DNA of 64,000 bases, from assembly GCF_009914755.1 (NCBI RefSeq), contig NC_060933.1, one strand, 5' to 3'. The position numbers were made by a program, and so were the translations under genes. Below, one piece after another: positions 28,151 through 40,900 of the stretch (within the stretch, counting starts at the first letter, position 1; every line of letters starts with the position of its first letter). The notes below the pieces were generated by a model. The model was given only the letters and a program-made list of their open reading frames with translations. It did not search any database and was not told the origin of the DNA. The stretch comes from the human T2T-CHM13v2.0 reference genome, Homo sapiens.

Positions 28151-31100
28151 ACTTGTTTGTGATGTGTGTATTCAACTAACAGAGATGAACCTTTCTTTTT
28201 ACAGAGCAGTTTTGAAACACTCTTTTTGTGGAATCTGAAAGTGGATATTTGGATAGCTTTGAGGATTTCGTTGGAAACGGGATTACATATAAAATCTAGG
28301 GAGAAGCATTCTCAGGAACTTCTTTGTGATGTTTGCATTGAAGTCACAGAACTGAACATTCCCTTTCATAGAGCAGGTTTGAAACACTCTTTCTGTAGTA
28401 TCTGAAAGCGAACGTTTCAAGCGCTTTCAGGCCTGTGGTGAAAAGGGAAATATCTTCAAATAAAAACTAGACAGAAGCATTCTCAGAAACTTATTTGCGA
28501 TGTGTGTTCTCAACTGACAGAGTTGGACCTTTGTTTTGATACAGCATTTTGGAAACACTCTTTTTGTAGGATCTGCAGGTGGATATTTGGATAGATTTGA
28601 AGGTTTCGTTGGAAACGGGAATATCTTCATATAAAATCAACACAGAAGCATTCTCAGAAACTTCTCTGTGATGTTTGCATTCAACTCATAGAGTTGAACA
28701 CTTCCTTTCATAGAGCTGGTTTGAAATACTCTTTTTGTAATATTTGGAAGTGGACATTTGCAGCGCTTTGAAGCCTATGGTGAAAAAGGAGATATCTTCC
28801 CCTAAAAACCAGACAGAAGCATTCTCAGAATCTTTCTTGTGATGTGTGTACTCAAGTAACAGAGTTGAACCTTCATTTTGACAGAGCAGTTTTGAAGCAC
28901 TCTTTTTGTAGAATCTACAAGTGGATATTTTGATACCTTTGAGGATTTCGTTGGACACGGGATATCTTCATATAAAATCTAGACAGAAGCATTCTCAGAA
29001 ACTTCTTTGTGCTGTATGTCCTCAATTCACAGAGTTGAACCTTTGTGTGGATACAGCATTTTGGAAACATTCCTTTAGTAGAATCTGCAAGTTGATATTT
29101 AGATAGCTAGGAAGATTTCCTTGGAAACGGGAATATCTTCACATAAAATCTAGACGGAAGCATTCTCAGAAACTGCTTTGTGATGTTTTCATTCAAGTCA
29201 CAGACTAGAATGTTCCCTTTTATAGAGCAGGTTTGAAACACTCAGTGCACTACCTGGAAGTGGACATTTGGAGCGCTTTGACGCCTATGTTGAAAAAGGA
29301 AATATCTTCCCATAGAAACTAGACAGAAGCATTCTCAGAAACTTGTTTGTGATGTGTGTATTCAACTAACAGAGATGAACCTTTCTTTTTACAGAGCAGT
29401 TTTGAAACACTCTTTTTGTGGAATCTGAAAGTGGATATTTGGATAGCTTTGAGGATTTCGTTGGAAACGGGATTACATATAAAATCTAGGGAGAAGCATT
29501 CTCAGGAACTTCTATGTGATGTTTGCATTCACGTCACAGAACTGAACATTCCCTTTCATAGAGCAGGTTTGAAACACTCTTTCTGTAGTATCTGCAAGCT
29601 GACGTTTCAAGCGCTTTCAGGCCTGTGGTGAAAAAGGAAATATCTTCAAATAAAAACTAGACAGAAGCATTCTCAGAAACTTATTTGCGATGTGTGTTCT
29701 CAACTAACAGTGTTGAACCTTTGTTTGGATACAACATTTTGGAAACACTCTTTTTGTAGAATCTGCAAGTGGATATTTGGATAGCTTTGAAGGTTTCGTT
29801 GGAAACGGGAATATCTTCATATAAAATCAAGACAGAAGCATTCTCAGAAACTTCTCTGTGATGTTTGCATTCAACTCATAGAGTTGAACACTACCTTTCA
29901 TAGAGCAGGTTTGAAACACTCTGTGCACTACCTGGAAGTGGACATTTGGAGCGCTTTGAGGCCTATGTTGAAAAAGGAAATATCTTCCCATAAAAACTAG
30001 ACAGAAGCATTCTCAGAAACTTGTTTGTGATGTGTGTATTCAACTAACAGAGATGAACCTTTCTTTTTACAGAGCAGTTTTGAAACACTCTTTTTGTGGA
30101 ATCTGAAAGTGGATATTTGGATAGCTTTGAGGATTTCGTTGGAAACGGGATTACATATAAAATCTAGGGAGAAGCATTCTCAGGAACTTCTTTGTGATGT
30201 TTGCATTCAAGTCACAGAACTGAACATTCCCTTTCATAGAGCAGCTTTGAAACACTCTTTCTGTAGTATCTGCAAGCGGACGTTTCAAGCGCTTTCAGGC
30301 CTGTGGTGAAAAAGGAAATATCTTCAAATAAAAACTAGACAGAAGCATTCTCAGAAACTTATTTGCGATGTGTGTTCTCAACTAACAGAGTTGAACCTTT
30401 GTTTTGATACAGCATTTTGGAAACACTCTTTTTGTAGGATCTGCAGGTGGATATTTGGATAGCTATGAAGGTTTCGTTGGAAACGGGAATATCTTCATAT
30501 AAAATCAACACAGAAGCATTCTCAGAAACTTCTCTGTGATGTTTGCATTCAACTCATGGAGTTGAACACTTCCTTTCATAGAGCTGGTTTGAAATACACT
30601 TTTTGTAATATTTGGAAGTGGACACTGGCAGCGCTTTGAAGCCTATGGTGAAAAAGGAGATATCTTCTAGTAAAAACCAGACAGAAGCATTCTCAGAATC
30701 TTTCTTGTGATGTGTGTACTCAAGTAACAGAGTTGAACCTTCCTTTTGACAGAGCAGTTTTGAAGCACTCTTTTTGTAGAATCTGCAAGTGGATATTTTG
30801 ATACCTTTGAGGATTTCTTTGGACACGGGATATCTTCATATAAAATCTAGACAGAAGCATTCTCAGAAACTTCTTTGTGCTGTATGTCCTCAATTAACAG
30901 AGTTGAACCTTTGTTTCGATACAGCCTTTTGGAAACATTCCTTTAGTAGAATCTACAAGTTGATATTTAGATAGCTAGGAAGAATTCCTTGGAAACGGGA
31001 ATATCTTCATATAAAATCTAGACGGAAGCATTCTCAGAAAGTGCTTTGTGATGTTTGCATTCAAGTCACAGAGTTGAATATTCCCTTTTATAGAGCAGGT

Positions 31101-34100
31101 TTGAAACACTCTTTCTGCACTACCTGGAAGTGCACATTTGGAGCGCTTTGAGGCCTATGTTGAAAAAGGAAATATCTTCCCATAAAAACTAGACAGAAGC
31201 ATTCTCAGAAACTTGTTTGTGATGTGTGTATTCAACTAACAGAGATGAACCTTTCTTTTTACAGAGCAGTTTTGAAACACTCTTTTTGTGGAATCTGAAA
31301 GTGGATATTTGGATAGCTTTGAGGATTTCGTTGGAAACGGGATTACATATAAAACCTAGAGAGAAGCATTCTCAGGAACTTCTTTGTGATGTTTGCATTC
31401 AAGTCACAGAACTGAACATTCCCTTTCATAGAGCAGCTTTGAAACACTCTTTCTGTAGTATCTGCAAGCGGACGTCTCAAGCGCTTTCAGCCCTATGGTG
31501 AGAAAGGAAATATCTTCAAGTAAAAACTAGACAGAAGCATTCTCAGAAACTTATTTGCCATGTGTGTTCTCAACTAACAGAGTTGAACATTTGTTTTGAT
31601 ACGGCATTTTGGAAACACTCTTTTTGTAGAATCTGCTGGTGGATATTCGGATAGCTTTGAAGGTTTCGTTGGAAACGGGAATATCTTCATATAAAATCTG
31701 GACGGAAGCATTCTCAGAAACTGCTTTGTGATGTTTTCATTCAAGTCACAGAGTAGAATGTTCCCTGTTATATACCAGGTTTGAGACACTCTTTCTGCAC
31801 TACCTGGAAGTGGACATTTGGAGCGCTTTGAGGCCTATGATGAAAAAGGAAATATCTTCCCATAAAAACTAGACAGAATCATTCTCAGAAACTTGTTTGT
31901 GATGTGTGTATTCAACTAACAGAGATGAACCTTTCTTTTTACAGAGCAGTTTTGAAACACTCTTTTTGTGGAATCTGAAAGTGGATATTTGGATAGCTTT
32001 GAGGATTTCGTTGGAAACGGGATTACATATAAAATCTAGGGAGAAGCATTCTCAGGAACTTCTTTGTGATGTTTGCATTCACGTCACAGAACTGAACATT
32101 CCCTTTCATAGAGCATGTTTGAAACACTCTTTCTGTAGTATCTGCAAACGGACATTTCAAACGCTTTCAGGCCTAGGTGAGAAAGGAAATATCTTCAAAT
32201 AAAAACTAGACAGAAGCATTCTCAGAAACTTATTTGCGATGTGTGTCCTCAACTAACAGAGTTGAACCTTTGTTTTGATACAACATTTTGGAAACACTCT
32301 TTTTGTAGAATCTGCAAGTGGATATTTGGATAGCTTTGAAGGTTTCGTTGGAAACGGGAATATCTTCATATAAAATCAAGACAGAAGCATTCTCAGAAAC
32401 TTCTCTGTGATGTTTGCATTCAACTCATAGAGTTGAACACTTCCCTTCATACAGCAGGTTTGAAACACTCTTTTTGTAATATTTGGAAGTGGACATTTGC
32501 AGCGCTTTGAGGCCTATGTTGAAAAAGGAAATATCTTCTCCTAAAAACCAGACAGAAGCATTCTCAGAAACTTTCTTGTGATGTGTGTACTCAAGTAACA
32601 GAGTTGAACCTTACTTTTGACAGAGCCGTTTTGAAACAGTCTTTTTGTAGAATCTGGAAGTAGATATTTGGATACCTTTGAGGATTTCTTTGGAAACGGG
32701 ATATCTTCATATAAAATCTAGACAGAAGCATTCTCAGAAACTTCTTTGTGCTGTATGTCCTCAATTAACAGAGTTGAACCTTTGTGTGGATACAGCATTT
32801 TGGAAACACTCCTTTAGTAGAATCTGCAAGTTGATATTTAGATAGCTAGGAAGATTTCCTTGGAAACGGGAATATCTTCACATAAAATCTAGACGGAAGC
32901 ATTCTCAGAAACTTCTCTGTGATGCTTGCATTCAACTCATAGAGTTGAACACTTCCTTTCATAGAGCAGGTTTGAAACACTCTGTGCACTACCTGGAAGT
33001 GGACATTTGGAGCGCTTTGAGGCGTATGTTGAAAAAGGAAATATCTTCCCATAAAAACTAGACAGAAGCATTCTCAGAAACTTGTTTGTGATGTGTGTAT
33101 TCAACTAACAGAGATGAACCTTTCTTTTTACAGAGCAGTTTTGAAACACTCTTTTTGTGGAATCTGAAAGTGGATATTTGGATAGCTTTGAGGATTTCGT
33201 TGGAAACGGGATTACATATAAAATCTAGGGAGAAGCATTCTCAGGAACTTCTTTGTGATGTTTGCATTGAAGTCACAGAACTGAACATTCCCTTTCATAG
33301 AGCAGGTTTGAAACACTCTTTCTGTAGTATCTGAAAGCGGACGTTTCAAGCGCTTTCAGGCCTGTGGTGAAAAGGGAAATATCTTCAAATAAAAACTAGA
33401 CAGAAGCATTCTCAGAAACTTATTTGCGATGTGTGTTCTCAACTAACAGAGTTGAACCTTTGTTTTGATACAGCATTTTGGAAACACTCTTTTTGTAGGA
33501 TCTGCAGGTGGATATTTGGATAGATTTGAAGGTTTCGTTGGAAACGGGAATATCTTCATATAAAATCAACACAGAAGCATTCTCAGAAACTTCTCTGTGA
33601 TGTTTGCATTCAACTCATAGAGTTGAACACTTCCTTTCATAGAGCTGGTTTGAAATACTCTTTTTGTAATATTTGGAACTGGACACTGGCAGCGCTTTGA
33701 AGCCTATGGTGAAAAAGGAGATATCTTCTCGTAAAAACCAGACAGAAGCATTCTCAGAATCTTTCTTGTGATGTGTGTACTCAAGTAACAGAGTTGAACC
33801 TTCCTTTTGACAGAGCAGTATTGAAGCACTCTTTTTGTAGAATCTGCAAGTGGATATTTTGATACCTTTGAGGATTTCTTTGGACACGGGATATCTTCAT
33901 ATAAAATCTAGACAGAAGCATTCTCAGAAACTTCTTTGTGCTGTATGTCCTCAATTAACAGAGTTGAACCTTTGTTTCGACACAGCATTTTGGAAACATT
34001 CCTTTAGTAGAATCTACAAGTTGATATTTAGATAGCTAGGAAGATTTCCTTGGAAATGGGAATATCTTCAAATAAAATCTAGACGGAAGCATTCTCAGAA

Positions 34101-37100
34101 AGTGCTTTGTGATGTTTGCATTCATGTCACAGAGTTGAATATTCCCTTTTATACAGCAGGTTTGAAACACTCTTTCTGGACTACCTGGAAGTGCACATTT
34201 GGAGCGCTTTGAGGCCTATGTTGAAAAAGGAAATATCTTCCCATAAAAACTAGACAGAAGCATTCTCAGAAACTTGTTTGTGATGTGTGTATTCAACTAA
34301 CAGAGATGAACCTTTCTTTTTACAGAGCAGTTTTGAAACACTCTTTTTGTGGAATCTGAAAGTGGATATTTGGATAGCTTTGAGGATTTCGTTGGAAACG
34401 GGATTACATATAAAACCTAGAGAGAAGCATTCTCAGGAACTTCTTTGTGATGTTTGCATTCAAGTCACAGAACTGAACATTCCCTTTCATAGAGCAGGTT
34501 TGAAACACTCTTTCTGTAGTATCTGCAAGCGGACGTCTCAAGCGCTTTCAGGCCTATGGTGAGAAAGGAAATATCTTCAAGTAAAAACTAGACAGAAGCA
34601 TTCTCAGAAACTTATTTGCCATGTGTGTTCTCAACTAACAGAGTTGAACATTTGTTTTGATACGGCATTTTGGAAACACTCTTTTTGTAGAATCTGCTGG
34701 TGGATATTCGGATAGCTTTGAAGGTTTCGTTGGAAACGGGAATATCTTCATATAAAATCTGGACGGAAGCATTCTCAGAAACTGCTTTGTGATGTTTTCA
34801 TTCAAGTCACAGAGTAGAATCTTCCCTGTTATATACCAGGTTTGAGACACTCTTTCTGCACTACCTGGAAGTGGACATTTGGAGCGCTTTGAGGCCTATG
34901 ATGAAAAAGGAAATATCTTCCCATAAAAACTAGACAGAATCATTCTCAGAAACTTGTTTGTGATGTGTGTATTCAACTAACAGAGATGAACCTTTCTTTT
35001 TACAGAGCAGTTTTGAAACACTCTTTTTGTGGAATCTGAAAGTGGATATTTGGATAGCTTTGAGGATTTCGTTGGAAACGGGATTACATATAAAATCTAG
35101 GGAGAAGCATTCTCAGGAACTTCTTTGTGATGTTTGCATTCAAGTCACAGAACTGAACATTCCCTTTCATAGTGCAGGTTTGAAACACTCTTTCTGTAGT
35201 ATCTGCAAGCTGACGTTTCAAGCGCTTTCAGGCCTGTGGTGAAAAAGGAAATATCTTCAAATAAAAACTAGACTGAAGCATTCTCAGAAACTTATTTGCG
35301 ATGTGTGTCCTCAACTAACAGAGTTGAACCTTTCTTTTGATACAACATTTTGGAAACACTCTTTTTGTAGAATCTGCAAGTGGATATTTGGATAGCTTTG
35401 AAGGTTTCGTTGGAAACGGGAATATCTTCATATAAAATCAAGACAGAAGCATTCTCAGAAACTTCTCTGTGATGTTTGCATTCAACTCATAGAGTTGAAC
35501 ACTTCCCTTCATAGAGCAGGTTTGAAACACTCTTTTTGTAATATTTGGAAGTGGACATTTGCAGCGCTTTGAGGCCTATGTTGAAAAAGGAAATATCTTC
35601 TCCTAAAAACCAGACAGAAGCATTCTCAGAAACTTCCTTGTGATGTGTGTACTCAAGTAACAGAGTTGAACTTTACTTTTGACAGAGCCGTTTTGAAACA
35701 GTCTTTTTGTAGAATCTGGAACTAGATATTTGGATACCTTTGAGGATTTCTTTGGAAACGGGATATCTTCATTTAAAATCTAGACAGAAGCATTCTCAGG
35801 AACTTCTTTGTGCTGTATGTCCTCAATTAACAGAGTTGAACCTTTGTGTGGATACAGCATTTTGGAAACATTCCTTTAGTAGAATCTGCAAGTTGATATT
35901 TAGATAGCTAATAAGATTTCCTTGGAAAAGGGAATATCTTCATATAAAATCTAGACGGAAGCATTCTCAGAAACTGCTTTGTGATGTCTTCATTCAAGTC
36001 ACAGAGTAGAATGTTCCCTTTTATAGAGCAGGTTTGAAACACTCTGTGCACTACCTGGAAGTGGACATTTGGAGCGCTTTGAGGCCTATGTTGAAAAAGG
36101 AAATATCTTCCCATAGAAACTAGACAGAAGCATTCTCAGAAACTTGTTTGTGATGTGTGTATTCAACTAACAGAGATGAACCTTTCTTTTTACAGAGCAG
36201 TTTTGAAACACTCTTTTTGTGGAATCTGAAAGTGGATATTTGGATAGCTTTGAGGATTTCGTTGGAAACGGTATTATATATAAAATCTAGGGAGAAGCAT
36301 TCTCAGGAACTTCTTTGTGATGTTTGCATTCAAGTCACAGAACTGAACATTCCCTTTCATAGTGCAGGTTTGAAACACTCTTTCTGTAGTATCTGCAAGC
36401 TGACGTTTCAAGCGCTTTCAGGCCTGTGGTGAAAAAGGAAATATCTTCAAATAAAAACTAGACAGAAGCATTCTCAGAAACTTATTTGCGATGTGTGTTC
36501 TCAACTAACAGAGTTGAACCTTTGTTTGGATACAACATTTTGGAAACACTCTTTTTGTAGAATCTGCAAGTGGATATTTGGATAGCTTTGAAGGTTTCGT
36601 TGTTAACGGGAATATCTTCATATAAAATCAAGACAGAAGCATTCTCAGAAACTTCTCTGTGATGTTTGCATTCAACTCATAGAGTTGAACACTTCCCTTC
36701 ATACAGCAGGTTTGAAACACTCTTTTTGTAATATTTGGAAGTGGACATTTGCAGCGCTTTGAGGCCTATGTTGAAAAAGGAAATATCTTCTCCTAAAAAC
36801 CAGACAGAAGAATTCTCAGAAACTTCCTTGTGATGTGTGTACTCAAGTAACAGAGTTGAACCTTACTTTTGACAGAGCCGTTTTGAAACAGTCTTTTTGT
36901 AGAATCTGGAAGTAGATATTTGGATACCTTTGAGGATTTCTTTGGAAACGGGATATCTTCATATAAAATCTAGACAGAAGCATTCTCAGGAACTTCTTTG
37001 TGCTGTATGTCCTCAATTAACAGAGTTGAACCTTTGTGTGGATACAGCATTTTGGAAACATTCCTTTAGTAGAATCTGCAAGTTGATATTTAAATAGCTA

Positions 37101-37999
37101 ATAAGATTTCCTTGGAAAAGGGAACATCTTCATATAAAATCTAGACGGAAGCATTCTCAGAAACTGCTTTGTGATGTCTTCATTCAAGTCACAGAGTAGA
37201 ATGTTCCCTTTTATAGAGCAGGTTTGAAACACTCTGTGCACTACCTGGAAGTGGACATTTGGAGCGCTTTGAGGCCTATGTTGAAAAAGGAAATATCTTC
37301 CCATAGAAACTAGACAGAAGCATTCTCAGAAACTTGTTTGTGATGTGTGTATTCAACTAACAGAGATGAACCTTTCTTTTTACAGAGTAGTTTTGAAACA
37401 CTCTTTTTGTGGAATCTGAAAGTGGATATTTGGATAGCTTTGAGGATTTCGTTGGAAACGGGATTACATATAAAATCTAGGGAGAAGCATTCTCAGGAAC
37501 TTCTTTGTGATGTTTGCATTCAAGTCACAGAACTGAACATTCCCTTTCATAGTGCAGGTTTGAAACACTCTTTCTGTAGTATCTGCAAGCTGACGTTTCA
37601 AGCGCTTTCAGGCCTGTGGTGAAAAAGGAAATATCTTCAAATAAAAACTAGACAGAAGCATTCTCAGAAACTTATTTGCGATGTGTGTCCTCAACTAACA
37701 GAGTTGAACCTTTCTTTTGATACAACATTTTGGAAACACTCTTTTTGTAGAATCTGCAAGTGGATATTTGGATAGCTTTGAAGGTTTCGTTGGAAACGGG
37801 AATATCTTCATATAAAATCAAGACAGAAGCATTCTCAGAAACTTCTCTGTGATGTTTGCATTCAACTCATAGAGTTGAACACTTCCTTTCATACAGCAGG
37901 TTTGAAACACTCTTTTTGTAATACTTGGAAGTGGACATTTGCAGCGCTTTGAGGCCTATGTTGAAAAAGGAAATATCTTCTCCTAAAAACCAGACAGAA

Positions 38000-40900
38000 G
38001 CATTCTCAGAAACTTCCTTGTGATGTGTGTACTCAAGTAACAGAGTTGAACCTTCCTTTTGACAGAGCAGTTTTGAAGCACTCTTTTTGTAGAATCTGCA
38101 AGTGGATATTTTGATACCTTTGAGGATTTCGTTGGACACGGGATATCTTCATATAAAATCTAGACAGAAGCATTCTCAGAAACTTCTTTGTGCTGTATGT
38201 CCTCAATTAACAGAGTTGAACCTTTGTGTGGATACAGCATTTTGGAAACATTCCTTTAGTAGAATCTGCAAGTTGATATTTAGATAGCTAGGAAGATTTC
38301 CTTGGAAACGGGAATATCTTCATATAAAATCTAGCCGGAAGCATTCTCAGAAAGTGCTTTGTGATGTTTGCATTCAAGTCACAGAGTTGAATATTCCCTT
38401 TTATAGAGCAGGTTTGAAACACTCTTTCTGCACTACCTGGAAGTGCACATTTGGAGCGCTTTGAGGCCTATGTTGAAAAAGGAAATATCTTCCCATAAAA
38501 ACTAGACAGAAGCATTCTCAGAAACTTGTTTGTGATGTGTGTATTCAACTAACAGAGATGAACCTTTCTTTTTACAGAGCAGTTTTGAAACACTCTTTTT
38601 GTGGAATCTGAAAGTGGATATTTGGATAGCTTTGAGGATTTCGTTGGAAACGGGATTACATATAAAACCTAGAGAGAAGCATTCTCAGGAACTTCTTTGT
38701 GATGTTTGCATTCAAGTCACAGAACTGAACATTCCCTTTCATAGAGCAGGTTTGAAACACTCTTTCTGTAGTATCTGCAAGCTGACGTTTCAAGAGCTTT
38801 CAGGCCTATGGTGAGAAAGGAAATATCTTCAAGTAAAAACTAGACAGAAGCATTCTCAGAAACATATTTGGCATGTGTGTTCTCAACTAACAGAGTTGAA
38901 CCTTTGTTTTGATACAGCATTTTGGAAACACTCTTTTTGTAGAATCTGCAGGTGGATATTCGGATAGCTTTGAAGGTTTCGTTGGAAACGGGAATATCTT
39001 CATATAAAATCAAGACAGAAGCATTCTCAGAAACTTCTCTGTGATGTTTGCATTCAACTCATAGAGTTGAACACTTCCCTTCATACAGTAGGTTTGAAAC
39101 ACTCTTTTTGTAATATTTGGAAGTGGACATTTGCAGCGCTTTGAGGCCTATGTTGAAAAAGGAAATATCTTCTCCTAAAAACCAGACAGAAGAATTCTCA
39201 GAAACTTCCTTGTGATGTGTGTACTCAAGTAACAGAGTTGAACCTTACTTTTGACAGAGCCGTTTTGAAACAGTCTTTTTGTAGAATCTGGAAGTAGATA
39301 TTTGGATACCTTTGAGGATTTCTTTGGAAACGGGATATCTTCATATAAAATCTAGACAGAAGCATTCTCAGAAACTTCTTTGTGCTGTATGTCCTCAATT
39401 AACAGAGTTGAACCTTTGTGTGGATACAGCATTTTGGAAACACTCCTTTAGTAGAATCTGCAAGTTGATATTTAGATAGCTAGGAAGATTTCCTTGGAAA
39501 CGGGAATATCTTCACATAAAATCTAGACGGAAGCATTCTCAGAAACTTCTCTGTGATGCTTGCATTCAACTCATAGAGTTGAACACTTCCTTTCATAGAG
39601 CAGGTTTGAAACACTCTGTGCACTACCTGGAAGTGGACATTTGGAGCGCTTTGAGGCGTATGTTGAAAAAGGAAATATCTTCCCATAAAAACTAGACAGA
39701 AGCATTCTCAGAAACTTGTTTGTGATGTGTGTATTCAACTAACAGAGATGAACCTTTCTTTTTACAGAGCAGTTTTGAAACACTCTTTTTGTGGAATCTG
39801 AAAGTGGATATTTGGATAGCTTTGAGGATTTCGTTGGAAACGGGATTACATATAAAATCTAGGGAGAAGCATTCTCAGGAACTTCTTTGTGATGTTTGCA
39901 TTCAAGTCACAGAACTGAACATTCCCTTTCATTGAGCAGCTTTGAAGCACTCTTTCTGTAGTATCTGCAAGCGGACGTTTCAAGCGCTTTCAGGTCTGTG
40001 GTGAAAAGGGAAATATCTTCAAATAAAAACTAGACAGAAGCATTCTCAGAAACTTATTTGCGATGTGTGTTCTCAACTAACAGAGTTGAACCTTTGTTTT
40101 GATACAGCATTTTGGAAACACTCTTTTTGTAGGATCTGCAGGTGGATATTTGGATAGCTTTGAAGGTTTCGTTGGAAACGGGAATATCTTCATATAAAAT
40201 CAACACAGAAGCATTCTCAGAAACTTCTCTGTGATGTTTGCATTCAACTCATAGAGTTGAACACTTCCTTTCATAGAGCTGGTTTGAAATACTCTTTTTG
40301 TAATATTTGGAAGTGGACATTGGCAGCGCTTTGAAGCCTATGGTGAAAAAGGAGATATCTTCCCCTAAAAACCAGACAGAAGCATTCTCAGAATCTTTCT
40401 TTTGATGTGTGTACTCAAGTAACAGAGTTGAACCTTCATTTTGACAGAGCAGTTTTGAAGCACTCTTTTTGTAGAATCTGCAAGTGGATATTTTGATACC
40501 TTTGAGGATTTCGTTGGACACGGGATATCTTCATATAAAATCTAGACAGAAGCATTCTCAGAAACTTCTTTGTGCTGTATGTCCTCAATTAACAGAGTTG
40601 AACCTTTGTGTGGATACAGCATTTTGGAAACATTCCTTTAGTAGAATCTGCAAGTTGATATTTAGATAGCTAGGAAGATTTCCTTGGAAACGGGAATATC
40701 TTCACATAAAATCTAGACGGAAGCATTCTCAGAAACTGCTTTGTGATGTCTTCATTCAAGTCACAGACTAGAATGTTCCCTTTTATAGAGCAGGTTTGAA
40801 ACACTCAGTGCACTACCTGGAAGTGGACATTTGGAGCGCTTTGACGCCTATGTTGAAAAAGGAAATATCTTCCCATAGAAACTAGACAGAAGCATTCTCA

